Source: a virus (lineage: Duplodnaviria > Heunggongvirae > Uroviricota > Caudoviricetes). Taken from it: 38,122 nt of DNA. A program made the translations under genes and the position numbers. The stretch is taken from IMG/VR virus record IMGVR_UViG_2698536574_000031; one strand, written 5' to 3'. The notes under the pieces are model-generated. The model was not told the DNA's origin. It searched no databases and was given only the letters and a program-made list of their open reading frames with translations. Numbering within the stretch: the first letter of the stretch is position 1; every line of letters starts with the position of its first letter. Shown here in pieces: positions 27,513-36,031 of this stretch.

Positions 27513-27843
27513 TCGTGGCCGCCTCACTGATTTGTGAAATGAGTTGCAGGGTGTGCTGCTGATTTGCCAGCACCTGACGCGCCTCATCCCGCTCACGCAC
27601 AAGCACCTGATTATTGTCTTCAAGGCGCTGCGTCTTCTGGTGCATTCCCCATATAGCGGCAACCAGTACAGCGATAATCCCCAGCGCCGCCATGCACGCC
27701 CCGGCAATCAGGGCCGGTAAGGCATTATTCACCGCAGCCACAGGACACCCCGTAACAGCAGTACCGCACACAGCAGCGCTATCATGAGCGGTCGCCAGAA
27801 GCGGTTCAGACTTTCGGCAAGTCGTAGCGACATAACCATTCAT
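27343..27843 (-). CDS. i-spanin (inner-membrane, Rz-like)
   Basis: N-terminal TM ALPALIAGACMAALGIIAVLVAAIW followed by a coiled-coil periplasmic region; overlaps the o-spanin frame. Confidence 0.5.
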   Translation of the reverse strand: MNGYVATTCRKSEPLLATAHDSAAVCGTAVTGCPVAAVNNALPALIAGACMAALGIIAVLVAAIWGMHQKTQRLEDNNQVLVRERDEARQVLANQQHTLQLISQISEAATNEKQQNIQHSEGQQSVVRRSLAAVPAASAPVPDDVADRVRRAVCEIRACEAGADPR

Positions 27844-28306
27844 CCGCCGAACGGCGGGCCTCAAGGCCGGGGAGTTTCACCCCCTTTGAATAAATCCAGC
27901 GGATATACTGCTTACAGGACGCGGGCATCTGTCCGGCATTAATAAGGCGCAGAAGCGTGGAGTTGCGGAAGTTCGTTTCACCGGCCCAGAAGATCCACGA
28001 AGCCAGCGCCACCGTCTGACCACGGGTAAGCGGCACCTGAACACGCCGATCAATGGCCGCAAAGGCCCATTTCATGTCCTTTTCCAGTAGTTCCAGGCAT
28101 TCTTCATCCGTCAGGGTCATACCCGGTTTCACATCCGGGCCGGTATGGCCGTAACAGATGGTGGGTGTACCGGTGGGATCGATATACGTGGAGTTTTCTT
28201 TCCCTTCCCAGTAACCGGTGTAATGCGTGGCAATCGTGAACGTCCCGGCACCGGCCAGAACAAGGGCAATCAGCTTTTTACGCAGTGGTGCGGGGAGTTT
28301 TGGCAT
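27806..28306 (-). CDS. SAR endolysin (T4-lysozyme-like)
   Basis: N-terminal weakly hydrophobic Gly/Ala-rich signal-anchor KLIALVLAGAGTFTIA, then catalytic-region blocks EGKEN...TICYGHTG...FRNSTLLRLIN...RRSADEWLC. Confidence 0.8.
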   Translation of the reverse strand: MPKLPAPLRKKLIALVLAGAGTFTIATHYTGYWEGKENSTYIDPTGTPTICYGHTGPDVKPGMTLTDEECLELLEKDMKWAFAAIDRRVQVPLTRGQTVALASWIFWAGETNFRNSTLLRLINAGQMPASCKQYIRWIYSKGVKLPGLEARRSADEWLCRYDLPKV

Positions 28307-28377
28307 TGTTACGCTGTCTCATGATGTTCTCTGAGTCAGCGTAACGGTGAAGGAAAGGCGGCAGGCTTTGCGGAATA

Positions 28378-28803
28378 TCAGAAAAGTGGCGGTTGCGTTC
28401 TTGCCAGATGCAGACGGCGCTGTTCGCGTATGACGGTATAAATCTGGGTTTCTGACATCCGGTAATGGCGGCGAAGGGATTCAATTTTCTCGCCCCGGTC
28501 CCAGCGCGAAAATATCTCATTGTTTCGCAGCTCGGCAAAGAGAGATTCCCCGACAGGCAGGTAATAACCCCGTCCGCCCATATAGGCTGCCTGAGCCGCA
28601 GCCACCTTGCGTGCCAGTTTACCGGCCAGTACCGGCTCAATCCCCTGACGCTGAAGTTCTGCGCCGGTGACTTCAACCAGTTCTGACAGGGTCCGCGGCC
28701 AGTTCTTTTTGAGAACATCATCAGGGATGTCATCAAGGCGGTCGATAAGGGCGTGCAGTTGCTCACTGTCACCACCAAACATGCTCATCTGAGTTTCTGC
28801 CAT
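28378..28803 (-). CDS. Mor/C-family transcriptional activator (single copy; sits at the C position before lys)
   Basis: 141 aa; C-terminal HTH ...LRRHYRMSETQIYTVIREQRR and central YYLPVG block; preceded by a terminator. Confidence 0.7.
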   Translation of the reverse strand: MAETQMSMFGGDSEQLHALIDRLDDIPDDVLKKNWPRTLSELVEVTGAELQRQGIEPVLAGKLARKVAAAQAAYMGGRGYYLPVGESLFAELRNNEIFSRWDRGEKIESLRRHYRMSETQIYTVIREQRRLHLARTQPPLF

Positions 28804-28835
28804 ATCAGCCTCCGGTTCTCGCGTTCCCGGTAAGT

Positions 28836-28868
28836 TTAAAATAAAAATCCCGCGTTGTGGCGGGATTT
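28836..28868 (-). terminator. rho-independent terminator after the GemA-like gene
   Basis: Stem AAATCCCGC / GCGGGATTT with 6-nt loop, followed on the minus strand by TTATTTTAAA. Confidence 0.5.
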
Positions 28869-28872
28869 GGGG

Positions 28873-29382
28873 TTAACGGGGAAGTGATTTTTCATACTGC
28901 CTGCAAACGGCGTCATACCCCATCAGCGTGCGTTCGGGCATTCCCATCGCGGCCAGCATTTTGCGGCGGTGCCATCGCTTGAGACGCTCCAGCACATCTG
29001 AGGCCAGGGCGGGGTGTTGCTCCAGCCACTGCCAGTTTGCCACACCTTCGCCGCCGTTCTGCGCGGCCGTCTGCGATTTCACCCAGCGGTTAAGGGCGGT
29101 TTCCGCACCATCAGAGATAAAGCCCTGCCGGTGCATTACCTTCCAGATGGCACGAATTCTGGCGGTCACCGTACCCGGTTTTAAGGCCCGGTTAACCGGC
29201 TTCTGGCGCACTTTAAAACCGCGTTTTTTGAAAACATCCAGCACGCGGGATAACTCATCCGCTGACATATCCCGGCAGCTGGTTTTGCCGGTGGCTGCCA
29301 GCAGCGCGGATGTATAAGTCTCATCATCCAGGGCAAGCTCGCGCTTTGCCACATGAATGGCGGATATCAGTTTTCCTCTCAT
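28873..29382 (-). CDS. GemA-like early regulatory protein (Mu gp16 family)
   Basis: 169 aa; N-terminus MRGKLISAIHVAKRELALDDETYTSALLAATGKTSCRDMSADELSRVL; position before Mor/C. Confidence 0.55.
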   Translation of the reverse strand: MRGKLISAIHVAKRELALDDETYTSALLAATGKTSCRDMSADELSRVLDVFKKRGFKVRQKPVNRALKPGTVTARIRAIWKVMHRQGFISDGAETALNRWVKSQTAAQNGGEGVANWQWLEQHPALASDVLERLKRWHRRKMLAAMGMPERTLMGYDAVCRQYEKSLPR

Positions 29383-29675
29383 ACCGTATTTACCTTTTTA
29401 CGGACATGGAAAGCCTTTTCTGCCTCATCCCACCGGGCATGGTGTGTTGGTGGAATAATCATTATGTGCCAGCCATCTCTGGTTGTTATTCGGCAGAAAA
29501 ATTCACCGCTATATAACACAATGGCCTGCTGAATGAGCGCATCAGCCGCCCGTTCAACCGGATGTCTTTTATCAAAAAAGAAGATGATTTTTCGACATAA
29601 CCACCGGGTAATAACAAATGCGCCGAAAAAGGATGTGATATATAAGCACCAGAACAACAGAGAACTATTGTCCAT
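29379..29675 (-). CDS. hypothetical membrane protein (98 aa)
   Basis: N-terminal TM LLFWCLYITSFFGAFVITRWL; AT-rich codon usage. Confidence 0.4.
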   Translation of the reverse strand: MDNSSLLFWCLYITSFFGAFVITRWLCRKIIFFFDKRHPVERAADALIQQAIVLYSGEFFCRITTRDGWHIMIIPPTHHARWDEAEKAFHVRKKVNTV

Positions 29676-29862
29676 TATCTTTCTCCTTATTCACTCTTCT
29701 GCGGCATTCGGCACAGTCATCAGGGCTTTCAAATGTATCCGGCTCGCGATTATGAGCCAGATATAACCACCGTCCACATATACTGATATTTTCGCCTGTT
29801 TTAAAAAAATGATGCTTCCTGGCCATTAGTGGCCTCGCCCATCCAGCGGGTAGACTATTCAT
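29665..29862 (-). CDS. hypothetical small Cys-containing protein (65 aa)
   Basis: ICGRW ... CAEC spacing suggests a zinc ribbon. Confidence 0.35.
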   Translation of the reverse strand: MNSLPAGWARPLMARKHHFFKTGENISICGRWLYLAHNREPDTFESPDDCAECRRRVNKEKDNGQ

Positions 29863-30190
29863 TTGCTTTATCCTCCATGCTGGACAGAATCATATGTATT
29901 AATGTCGGGCGTGGAGATATACGCATTTCATTAAGCGTCTGAAGGGCAGCAACAGCTGCCTGTTTATCGGTGCCTTTGGCTATCTCTGCAAGAGAATGCA
30001 CAATCCATAACGGACTTAACGCCACGGCTGAATCCAGAATCATGTCATCCATAATAATTTCTGGCATATCCCGCTTGTCACATTCTTTATCCATAAAAGA
30101 AACGATTTTTTCTGCATCTTCCGGTTTCATGCCTCCGGCGATGAGAATTTTACGATATTCATAAGACGATCTTAATTCAATACTCATCAT
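29855..30190 (-). CDS. hypothetical protein (111 aa)
   Basis: Tightly packed early-operon ORF; no recognisable motif. Confidence 0.4.
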   Translation of the reverse strand: MMSIELRSSYEYRKILIAGGMKPEDAEKIVSFMDKECDKRDMPEIIMDDMILDSAVALSPLWIVHSLAEIAKGTDKQAAVAALQTLNEMRISPRPTLIHMILSSMEDKANE

Positions 30191-30202
30191 TCACCTGCCT
30201 GT

Positions 30203-30571
30203 TTAATCAGTTTCCAGTGCTTTGCTACGGGCAACAGCCTCACACTCAAAAAATACCGACTCCGGCACACGTTCTTTTAATTCACGAACAAGGAAGTTAT
30301 TAACGCGCTCGTGACATCTTATATTTCTTTCCTTTTCCTCCTGGCGTAATACAGCAAGGCGGTATTCAACAGTCCGGCGTTGTTTCTGAAAGACAGCCAG
30401 TGCTTTTCTGGCAGAGTTACGCCATGTATCATCACCACAGGGTGCGTATTCAAGCTGAAATTTAATCTCTTCAATGGTTTCTTTTATTTTTGCCAGCAAG
30501 CTAAGACAGTCGCTGATTGTCTTCAGTTTTTCATTATCAATATAACTTCTCACGCATTCACCTCCCGTCAT
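30203..30571 (-). CDS. hypothetical protein (122 aa)
   Basis: Start taken at internal MTGGECVRSY... giving an ATGA junction with the upstream gene. Confidence 0.4.
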   Translation of the reverse strand: MTGGECVRSYIDNEKLKTISDCLSLLAKIKETIEEIKFQLEYAPCGDDTWRNSARKALAVFQKQRRTVEYRLAVLRQEEKERNIRCHERVNNFLVRELKERVPESVFFECEAVARSKALETD

Positions 30572-30879
30572 TCCGGTAAAGCTGAAATATGGCACCAGTG
30601 CGTCACCTGTCCGTCCTCATCTTCAAGGCAGTCTCCGGTTTCTTCATCAATAAAAAAGCCTTCATACCCCATATGGCCGATGCGCAGTTCCTGTTGGTCA
30701 CCATACTGAACAATCAGCACGACAGCCTCCATATCAGGCGGAAATGCGTCATCCAGTGAATGCCAGGGATAACCGCGCAAATCCCCGAAATAAACACCGG
30801 TCAGCGTTCCGCCACAAACCGACATTCCGGCGGCACATACCAGAGGCTCGTCTGATTCAACAAATAATGTCGTTATCAT
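30568..30879 (-). CDS. hypothetical acidic protein (103 aa)
   Basis: DEETGDCLEDEDGQ acidic patch; overlapping start/stop with neighbours. Confidence 0.4.
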   Translation of the reverse strand: MITTLFVESDEPLVCAAGMSVCGGTLTGVYFGDLRGYPWHSLDDAFPPDMEAVVLIVQYGDQQELRIGHMGYEGFFIDEETGDCLEDEDGQVTHWCHISALPE

Positions 30880-31427
30880 GGCATTAACTCCCGTAATACA
30901 ACATCTTCGGCAGTCCGGCGATGGTGATAAATAAAATTTACCGTACTCTCGGATAATTCAAATTTCTCGCCTATTTCCCGGAAGGTAAGACGTCGTGGTG
31001 ATTCAGCATCCCGTAATTCACGAATAAGACGAACATCATCATCAGATATACGGGTGAAGGGCAGCAATTCTCCGTATTTTTTCATGCTTACGCCAATATA
31101 TCGCGCCCGATTGTGGACAGAATCCCGGTCTCGCCCCAGATATTCTCCTATTTGCTTACCGGTCATCGTTCTGGCATTTTTTCGGATAAATTTATCTTCA
31201 TCATGTTTAAATCTTGGACGTTTGCATTTGAGCAACTCCGGGTAAGTGCCGCGTAATAAAACAATCCGGTGATGTACACCCCAGAAACTTCTTTTTACCC
31301 TGACAGCAATATCCTTAACCGGGGTGGATGGATAAAGCGCAATCAGCAGTGCATCTTCTTCAGGTGTCCACGCACGGACATGAGCGGGTGCACGGCCTTT
31401 TCTCCCCATGGGTTGTAATTTCATCAT
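30876..31427 (-). CDS. putative DNA-binding protein with three HTH-like repeats
   Basis: WTPEEDALLIALY (Myb/SANT-like), MTGKQIGEYLGRDRDSVHNRARYIG, and C-terminal LTFREIGEKFELSESTVNFIYHHRR resembling the Mor/C HTH. Confidence 0.45.
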   Translation of the reverse strand: MMKLQPMGRKGRAPAHVRAWTPEEDALLIALYPSTPVKDIAVRVKRSFWGVHHRIVLLRGTYPELLKCKRPRFKHDEDKFIRKNARTMTGKQIGEYLGRDRDSVHNRARYIGVSMKKYGELLPFTRISDDDVRLIRELRDAESPRRLTFREIGEKFELSESTVNFIYHHRRTAEDVVLRELMP

Positions 31428-31430
31428 GCA

Positions 31431-31946
31431 TCACCCCCTGACTCGCTTTTCGGCAGCATAAAACTCATCAGGCAGAATTTCGGTCATTCTCTGTTTTGCG
31501 GGTTTTACGCCGCACTGGAGATAAATCACATCGTCAACGCAGAACCACTTCACGGGACCATGCAATATTGCTGAGAAGTCAATGCCCAGCCAGAACAACA
31601 GCGCATCGGTTCTGGCATACGTGACGGGCGAATATTCAAACCACAGAATATTCAGTTCATCAGAGGCAACACGCAGGGCTTTAGGGATACGTGACGTGCG
31701 CGGTGTGCAGCTCCAGCCATTCGACGCAGTTGGTTTTCGCCATAAATCACGATGAAAAGGATATTTGTCATCCGTAAAACTCAGCCCCTTAAAACAAAAG
31801 CCACTGATATCGGATACAAATACCGACCGGCAATCAACATTCAGCACAGCCTCAAGGCGCTTTGCCTCATCCTTAACTTTCTGGCAGTCCTGCTGATATT
31901 TTTGCCACGCGGCCAGCGCGGCAGGGTTCGATGTTTTAAAGAACAT
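31431..31946 (-). CDS. hypothetical protein (171 aa)
   Basis: Early-operon ORF; no recognisable motif. Confidence 0.4.
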   Translation of the reverse strand: MFFKTSNPAALAAWQKYQQDCQKVKDEAKRLEAVLNVDCRSVFVSDISGFCFKGLSFTDDKYPFHRDLWRKPTASNGWSCTPRTSRIPKALRVASDELNILWFEYSPVTYARTDALLFWLGIDFSAILHGPVKWFCVDDVIYLQCGVKPAKQRMTEILPDEFYAAEKRVRG

Positions 31947-32479
31947 TACGCCACCTCCGCAGAAATCGCGGCCGGTGCCGCTGTCCGGTCAACAATCAGG
32001 TAACGCAGAACATGTCCGGTGATATTCCAGCCGCTTAAACCGCAGATAATGACACCCAGGCGTATGTCGATATACGCCATCACAAACTGGGGTACACCTT
32101 CTTTCATGGCCTGCTCATCAACTTCAGCCACCACATAAACGGTTTCACAGGTCAGTACGCCCTGAGCAAATTCCCACGCCATCGACGGAATATCATGCCC
32201 CTCAATCCACGGCAGGGATTTTCTGAAGCTGCACCACTGAACATCATCAGCCGCAGATTCCTGGCTGCATTTGCGACGAACCGGCTGCACCGGGCGGGGA
32301 CGCGGAATATCATAAAAACCGTTACATTCCGTCAGCACGCCTGCATCAACCGCATCACGCAGAAAATAAACCATGGAGGATGGCGGCATATTCATTTTTT
32401 CAGCCAGAACACCGCAGGTCAGACGTCCGTAAATACGCAGCCAGTTTTTAACCCCTTCAAGCACTTTTGCATCAATCAT
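31946..32479 (-). CDS. hypothetical protein with N-terminal winged-helix-like segment (177 aa)
   Basis: LTCGVLAEKMNMPPSSMVYFLRDAVDAGVL. Confidence 0.4.
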   Translation of the reverse strand: MIDAKVLEGVKNWLRIYGRLTCGVLAEKMNMPPSSMVYFLRDAVDAGVLTECNGFYDIPRPRPVQPVRRKCSQESAADDVQWCSFRKSLPWIEGHDIPSMAWEFAQGVLTCETVYVVAEVDEQAMKEGVPQFVMAYIDIRLGVIICGLSGWNITGHVLRYLIVDRTAAPAAISAEVA

Positions 32480-32482
32480 GAA

Positions 32483-33073
32483 TTATTCCTCCGTTATTGC
32501 GATGAATTCGGAATGCTTGATTGCCATCAATGACGGATGCAGCTTTTCAGGGGAAAAGGCATTATCTGATTCACCGACAGGAATACGAACCACAACAGCC
32601 CCTTTGTCGCCATAGAACCCGGCAGAAGAGCACGCCATAACTGTGCGGCCGTTGCTGACACCAAAAACCTCAAAATAGCAGTCCAGTTTATTAACCATCC
32701 AGGTACTGAATGACGGAAGCTGTTTTAACTTCTCGTTTAAGATATTCAGTGCTTTGTTCAGTTTTTTTCCCTCTCTGAATCTGCGGTCGGGCTTAACTGA
32801 AAATAAAACGCGGCCATCTTCATCAAATTTATCAGACAGCACCCGCTTATTTCTTCCGACATCAACATCCTCATGAACCAGTATTGATGTGACAAAAATA
32901 TGCCCACAACACCAGAAGTAAAGGTATCCTTTAGCTCTATGATTACTGAGAAAATCATCAATCAATTTCTTGCGCTCCCTGCCAGCGCAATCAAGCCATT
33001 CCCTGTGATAATGACGGGAATCGCGCTCATTCATTTTAAAATAACGATATTTTATACTCATGATATGCCTCAT
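32483..33073 (-). CDS. hypothetical protein, lower-GC accessory gene (196 aa)
   Basis: Visibly AT-rich relative to the structural genes; no recognisable motif. Confidence 0.45.
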   Translation of the reverse strand: MRHIMSIKYRYFKMNERDSRHYHREWLDCAGRERKKLIDDFLSNHRAKGYLYFWCCGHIFVTSILVHEDVDVGRNKRVLSDKFDEDGRVLFSVKPDRRFREGKKLNKALNILNEKLKQLPSFSTWMVNKLDCYFEVFGVSNGRTVMACSSAGFYGDKGAVVVRIPVGESDNAFSPEKLHPSLMAIKHSEFIAITEE

Positions 33074-33145
33074 TCAGGCGCGAGCAGTCCCCTGACGCAA
33101 GCGCCATAATTAAAACGATGTGATATTTAAAGATTTAATGCGGTG

Positions 33146-33676
33146 TTATTTATTCAGTCCGGCGTCCTGTTCAAAAGGCTCGACATGAAAACTTTCAGCG
33201 CCTTTATTCACCTTAATACCGGCAATCCCTTTCACCGCATCCGGCTCTGCCAGGACAGCTTGCTTATTCACTTCCTCTTTCGTGCGGATGAAGCGCTCAA
33301 GCCCCATACGACGCAGCATTTCAATCACACCTTCCACATCACGACTGACGCTGCATGATGGATTTCCCAGCCGCCATGACACCGTTCCGGTGGTCAGATT
33401 GGCAGTTTTGGTTTCGCCGCCGTTCGTCAGCTCATTGCGGTTGGTTTTACACCAGTCATGAATCCCTTTAAAAAGCACTTTGATTTCTTTTTTAAGGTTT
33501 TCAATCTGCGGCGTATAACGGGCGGTGATTTCTGCCACTTCATCATTCATTGCCGTTTCCAGGCGCAGCGCCTCTCGCTGAATATCGCCCAGGGTGCGGA
33601 TATCGCGGCTGACTTCTTCGCGGGTCTGCGGTGCAGCCTCGGCTGCGGCCTTTAATTTTGTAACACGTTTAACCAT
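33146..33676 (-). CDS. gam: Gam-like host-nuclease inhibitor (DNA-end binding)
   Basis: 176 aa from internal MVKRVTKLK (AAGGAAA upstream); blocks GDIQREALRLETAMNDEVAEIT, ELTNGGETKTANLTTGTVSWR and FIRTKEEVNKQAVL recalled as matching Mu Gam. Confidence 0.8.
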   Translation of the reverse strand: MVKRVTKLKAAAEAAPQTREEVSRDIRTLGDIQREALRLETAMNDEVAEITARYTPQIENLKKEIKVLFKGIHDWCKTNRNELTNGGETKTANLTTGTVSWRLGNPSCSVSRDVEGVIEMLRRMGLERFIRTKEEVNKQAVLAEPDAVKGIAGIKVNKGAESFHVEPFEQDAGLNK

Positions 33677-33686
33677 TTTGTTTTCC

Positions 33687-33980
33687 TTATTGCAGTGTGC
33701 CTGATGCTTTATGCACACGGTGGCGTTTAATGATGGCATCCGCCCCAAAAGCCTGTACAGATACCTGAAATTCCGCTGAGAGAAACTGAATAATTACAGG
33801 ACTGTGATACTGGAGAATGCTTGCATAAACGTCACAGAGTGACGTCGGCCTGTTATCCGTATCACGTTCTGTTTTCACATCCACTCCAATCTTTTCATGC
33901 ACTTCAACACTGTCATTGCCTGCCGGTTTTTCGTCATGCGAAACATGCTCAAATTCAAAAATAACGCGTACTTTGCTCAT
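33687..33980 (-). CDS. hypothetical protein, tandem paralogue B
   Basis: N-terminus MSKVRVIFEFEHV... parallels MSKVVRIIFEYKEHV of the upstream gene. Confidence 0.45.
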   Translation of the reverse strand: MSKVRVIFEFEHVSHDEKPAGNDSVEVHEKIGVDVKTERDTDNRPTSLCDVYASILQYHSPVIIQFLSAEFQVSVQAFGADAIIKRHRVHKASGTLQ

Positions 33981-33984
33981 GGAA

Positions 33985-34257
33985 TTACCCCTGCTGATTA
34001 AATTCATTACCTTTAATAACCCCGGAACTCATGTTCATATCTTTCATGAGCGCTCTGGCTTTCATTGCCACAAGTTCAGCAAAGCCTCTGCTTTCCGCGA
34101 GCATAACCACCCCAAAAATCATGGCGGGTCCATCACCTTTCTGCTTTATCCCGGTTGAACGTATGTCCAGACTTACCCCCATGCGCACTGTTCCATCAGC
34201 GTTTTTATGGATAACGTGCTCCTTGTATTCGAAAATAATGCGTACGACTTTACTCAT
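33985..34257 (-). CDS. hypothetical protein, tandem paralogue A
   Basis: 90 aa; paralogous N-terminus with the downstream gene. Confidence 0.45.
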   Translation of the reverse strand: MSKVVRIIFEYKEHVIHKNADGTVRMGVSLDIRSTGIKQKGDGPAMIFGVVMLAESRGFAELVAMKARALMKDMNMSSGVIKGNEFNQQG

Positions 34258-34535
34258 CCTCTGGTCCTCGTTCTGTTTGGATAACTGACCCGGCGTCTGA
34301 CCTCACGGCAGAACCGAATCATGGCATTAAAGGCTTCTTCCTCCGTCACCGCTTCCGGTATCCCCGGAACCAGTAACTGCTCCTGTTCATCACGTCCATG
34401 ACGCGCCATAACCTCAATCACATGCCGTACCGTGGCAGGCTTTCCGGCAACTATCGGCAATGCACCTTCCGGCAGGACGTAACCAAACTCAATAAGACCA
34501 CTCGACCACGCCCATGCAATGAGATTTTTTTTCAC
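34254..34535 (-). CDS. hypothetical early protein (93 aa)
   Basis: Overlapping start/stop within early operon. Confidence 0.4.
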   Translation of the reverse strand: MKKNLIAWAWSSGLIEFGYVLPEGALPIVAGKPATVRHVIEVMARHGRDEQEQLLVPGIPEAVTEEEAFNAMIRFCREVRRRVSYPNRTRTRG

Positions 34536-34536
34536 C

Positions 34537-34803
34537 TCACACCTCCCAGTAAACTGTGCAGCCGCTGATGCGGGTGGCCTTCACACGGCGGCGCAGGCCG
34601 TTGGTCTGTATGGTGATTTCAATTTCACCGGTTCCCTGCACGTTGCCTACCGGCGGCGTGGTTTTCAGTGCAAAACGTTGTGGGTAGCGCTTACTGCGTT
34701 CCAGTACCGCACCGGCAAGTTCGGTCAGACGGCGCGCGCTGTTCAGGGAGTCGAATAAATTCATTTTGTTACCGCAGGATTGCATATTCATATAACACCT
34801 CAT
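34537..34803 (-). CDS. hypothetical early protein (88 aa; at the kil position)
   Basis: Position immediately after B as in Mu; no motif recognised. Confidence 0.4.
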   Translation of the reverse strand: MRCYMNMQSCGNKMNLFDSLNSARRLTELAGAVLERSKRYPQRFALKTTPPVGNVQGTGEIEITIQTNGLRRRVKATRISGCTVYWEV

Positions 34804-35031
34804 TTAGCTGACTTGTTTCGCACCAACAGAACGGCATATTCCGCTGTAAACTTCTGTCGCACCTTCGCGATCAAGTCCGGCAGATATCACCATTCGTGTG
34901 CGGTCATTAAATTCAAAAAGTAAATCGCCACATTCTTTATTTTCGGCCAGTGAAATCACCTTCACGTTATCGAAATTAACCAGGTAAAAGCGTCCGTAAA
35001 TATCAGGAATATAAAATACCGCCATAATCAC
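34804..35031 (-). CDS. hypothetical early protein (75 aa)
   Basis: ATGA overlap with the B stop. Confidence 0.4.
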   Translation of the reverse strand: MIMAVFYIPDIYGRFYLVNFDNVKVISLAENKECGDLLFEFNDRTRMVISAGLDREGATEVYSGICRSVGAKQVS

Positions 35032-35960
35032 ACCTGTGAGAGTAATTCAGGGTTGGTATAAACCTCTTTAAAGGCCGCATTAATATGTTTTTCTGTCAGC
35101 GCCGCACCTTCACCGCTGGCGGTGAGCCACGCCTGGTTAAGCGTATGTGTCAGAACGCGTAACGCTCCCGGCTTTTCAGCGATAGCCTGCATGACGGCCA
35201 GCTCGGCCTCACCACTGATACCCCATGCCCTGGCAATGGCCAGCACATCCGCCTTTTTGGCCTTGCGAAGTTGTTTTGTACGGGCAAGACGGCTGAACAG
35301 GCGCGATAAATCATCAAAGGCGCGGCGTCCACCTTTAAACAATCCGCGCGGGTTACCAATAAGCACCATCCCGATCCCCGTGGCGTCCTGAATTGCCCGG
35401 AGTTGCTCCAGACCGTCAATACCAAGATGATCCGCCTCATCCACAATCACCAGTCCACGCGTTCCCATCAGGCGACGGCGGATGGCGCGGGATAATGCCC
35501 CTTTGTTCGCGCGGGTGTAATCAATCCCCAGCGCATCGGCCAGCTCCAGCAGACACTCCGTGACGCTGGAGTGCGCGGGTGACAGGGTGATCATCCAGGT
35601 GTTTGGTTGCTCCTGGCAGTAATTACGGGCGGTGGCCGTTTTACCTACCCCCGGCACGCCCACAATGACGTTAATACAGCCCATCAGGCGAACCGCCTGA
35701 AACAGTGCGCGCAGCTCCTGAACTGTCTGCGTTTCCACAAACTGCGGCGGTTCCGGCAGTGCGCTTTGTTTATTCCAGTTCTCATACCAGGAACGCAGGG
35801 AAGCAGCCACAGCGGCGTTATCGCCTTTATATTTCCCCTTGCGGAAAGCCGATAATGTGCCGTCGGAAATTCCCGCCTCTCTGGCGATGGCATACTGCGT
35901 CAGTACGCCGCCATCAATAAGTTCATCAATGGTCTTGATTACATCGTTAATATCAGTCAT
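35028..35960 (-). CDS. B: MuB-like AAA+ ATPase, transposition target DNA activator
   Basis: 310 aa; N-terminal HTH region then Walker A GVPGVGKT and Walker B LVIVDEADHL; directly downstream of the transposase. Confidence 0.85.
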   Translation of the reverse strand: MTDINDVIKTIDELIDGGVLTQYAIAREAGISDGTLSAFRKGKYKGDNAAVAASLRSWYENWNKQSALPEPPQFVETQTVQELRALFQAVRLMGCINVIVGVPGVGKTATARNYCQEQPNTWMITLSPAHSSVTECLLELADALGIDYTRANKGALSRAIRRRLMGTRGLVIVDEADHLGIDGLEQLRAIQDATGIGMVLIGNPRGLFKGGRRAFDDLSRLFSRLARTKQLRKAKKADVLAIARAWGISGEAELAVMQAIAEKPGALRVLTHTLNQAWLTASGEGAALTEKHINAAFKEVYTNPELLSQV

Positions 35961-35984
35961 ATTATTAACCTCTCATTTGATACC

Positions 35985-36019
35985 TTGTTTAATCAAATAA
36001 CCTGAGTCGCCGCTCGGGT
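35985..36019. promoter_or_regulatory. intergenic hairpin between transposase and B genes
   Basis: AAATAACCTGAG / CTCGGGTTATTT 12-bp stem (one G-U) with 6-nt loop, T-run on the + strand and A-run on the other side. Confidence 0.3.
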
Positions 36020-36031
36020 TATTTTTTTATT

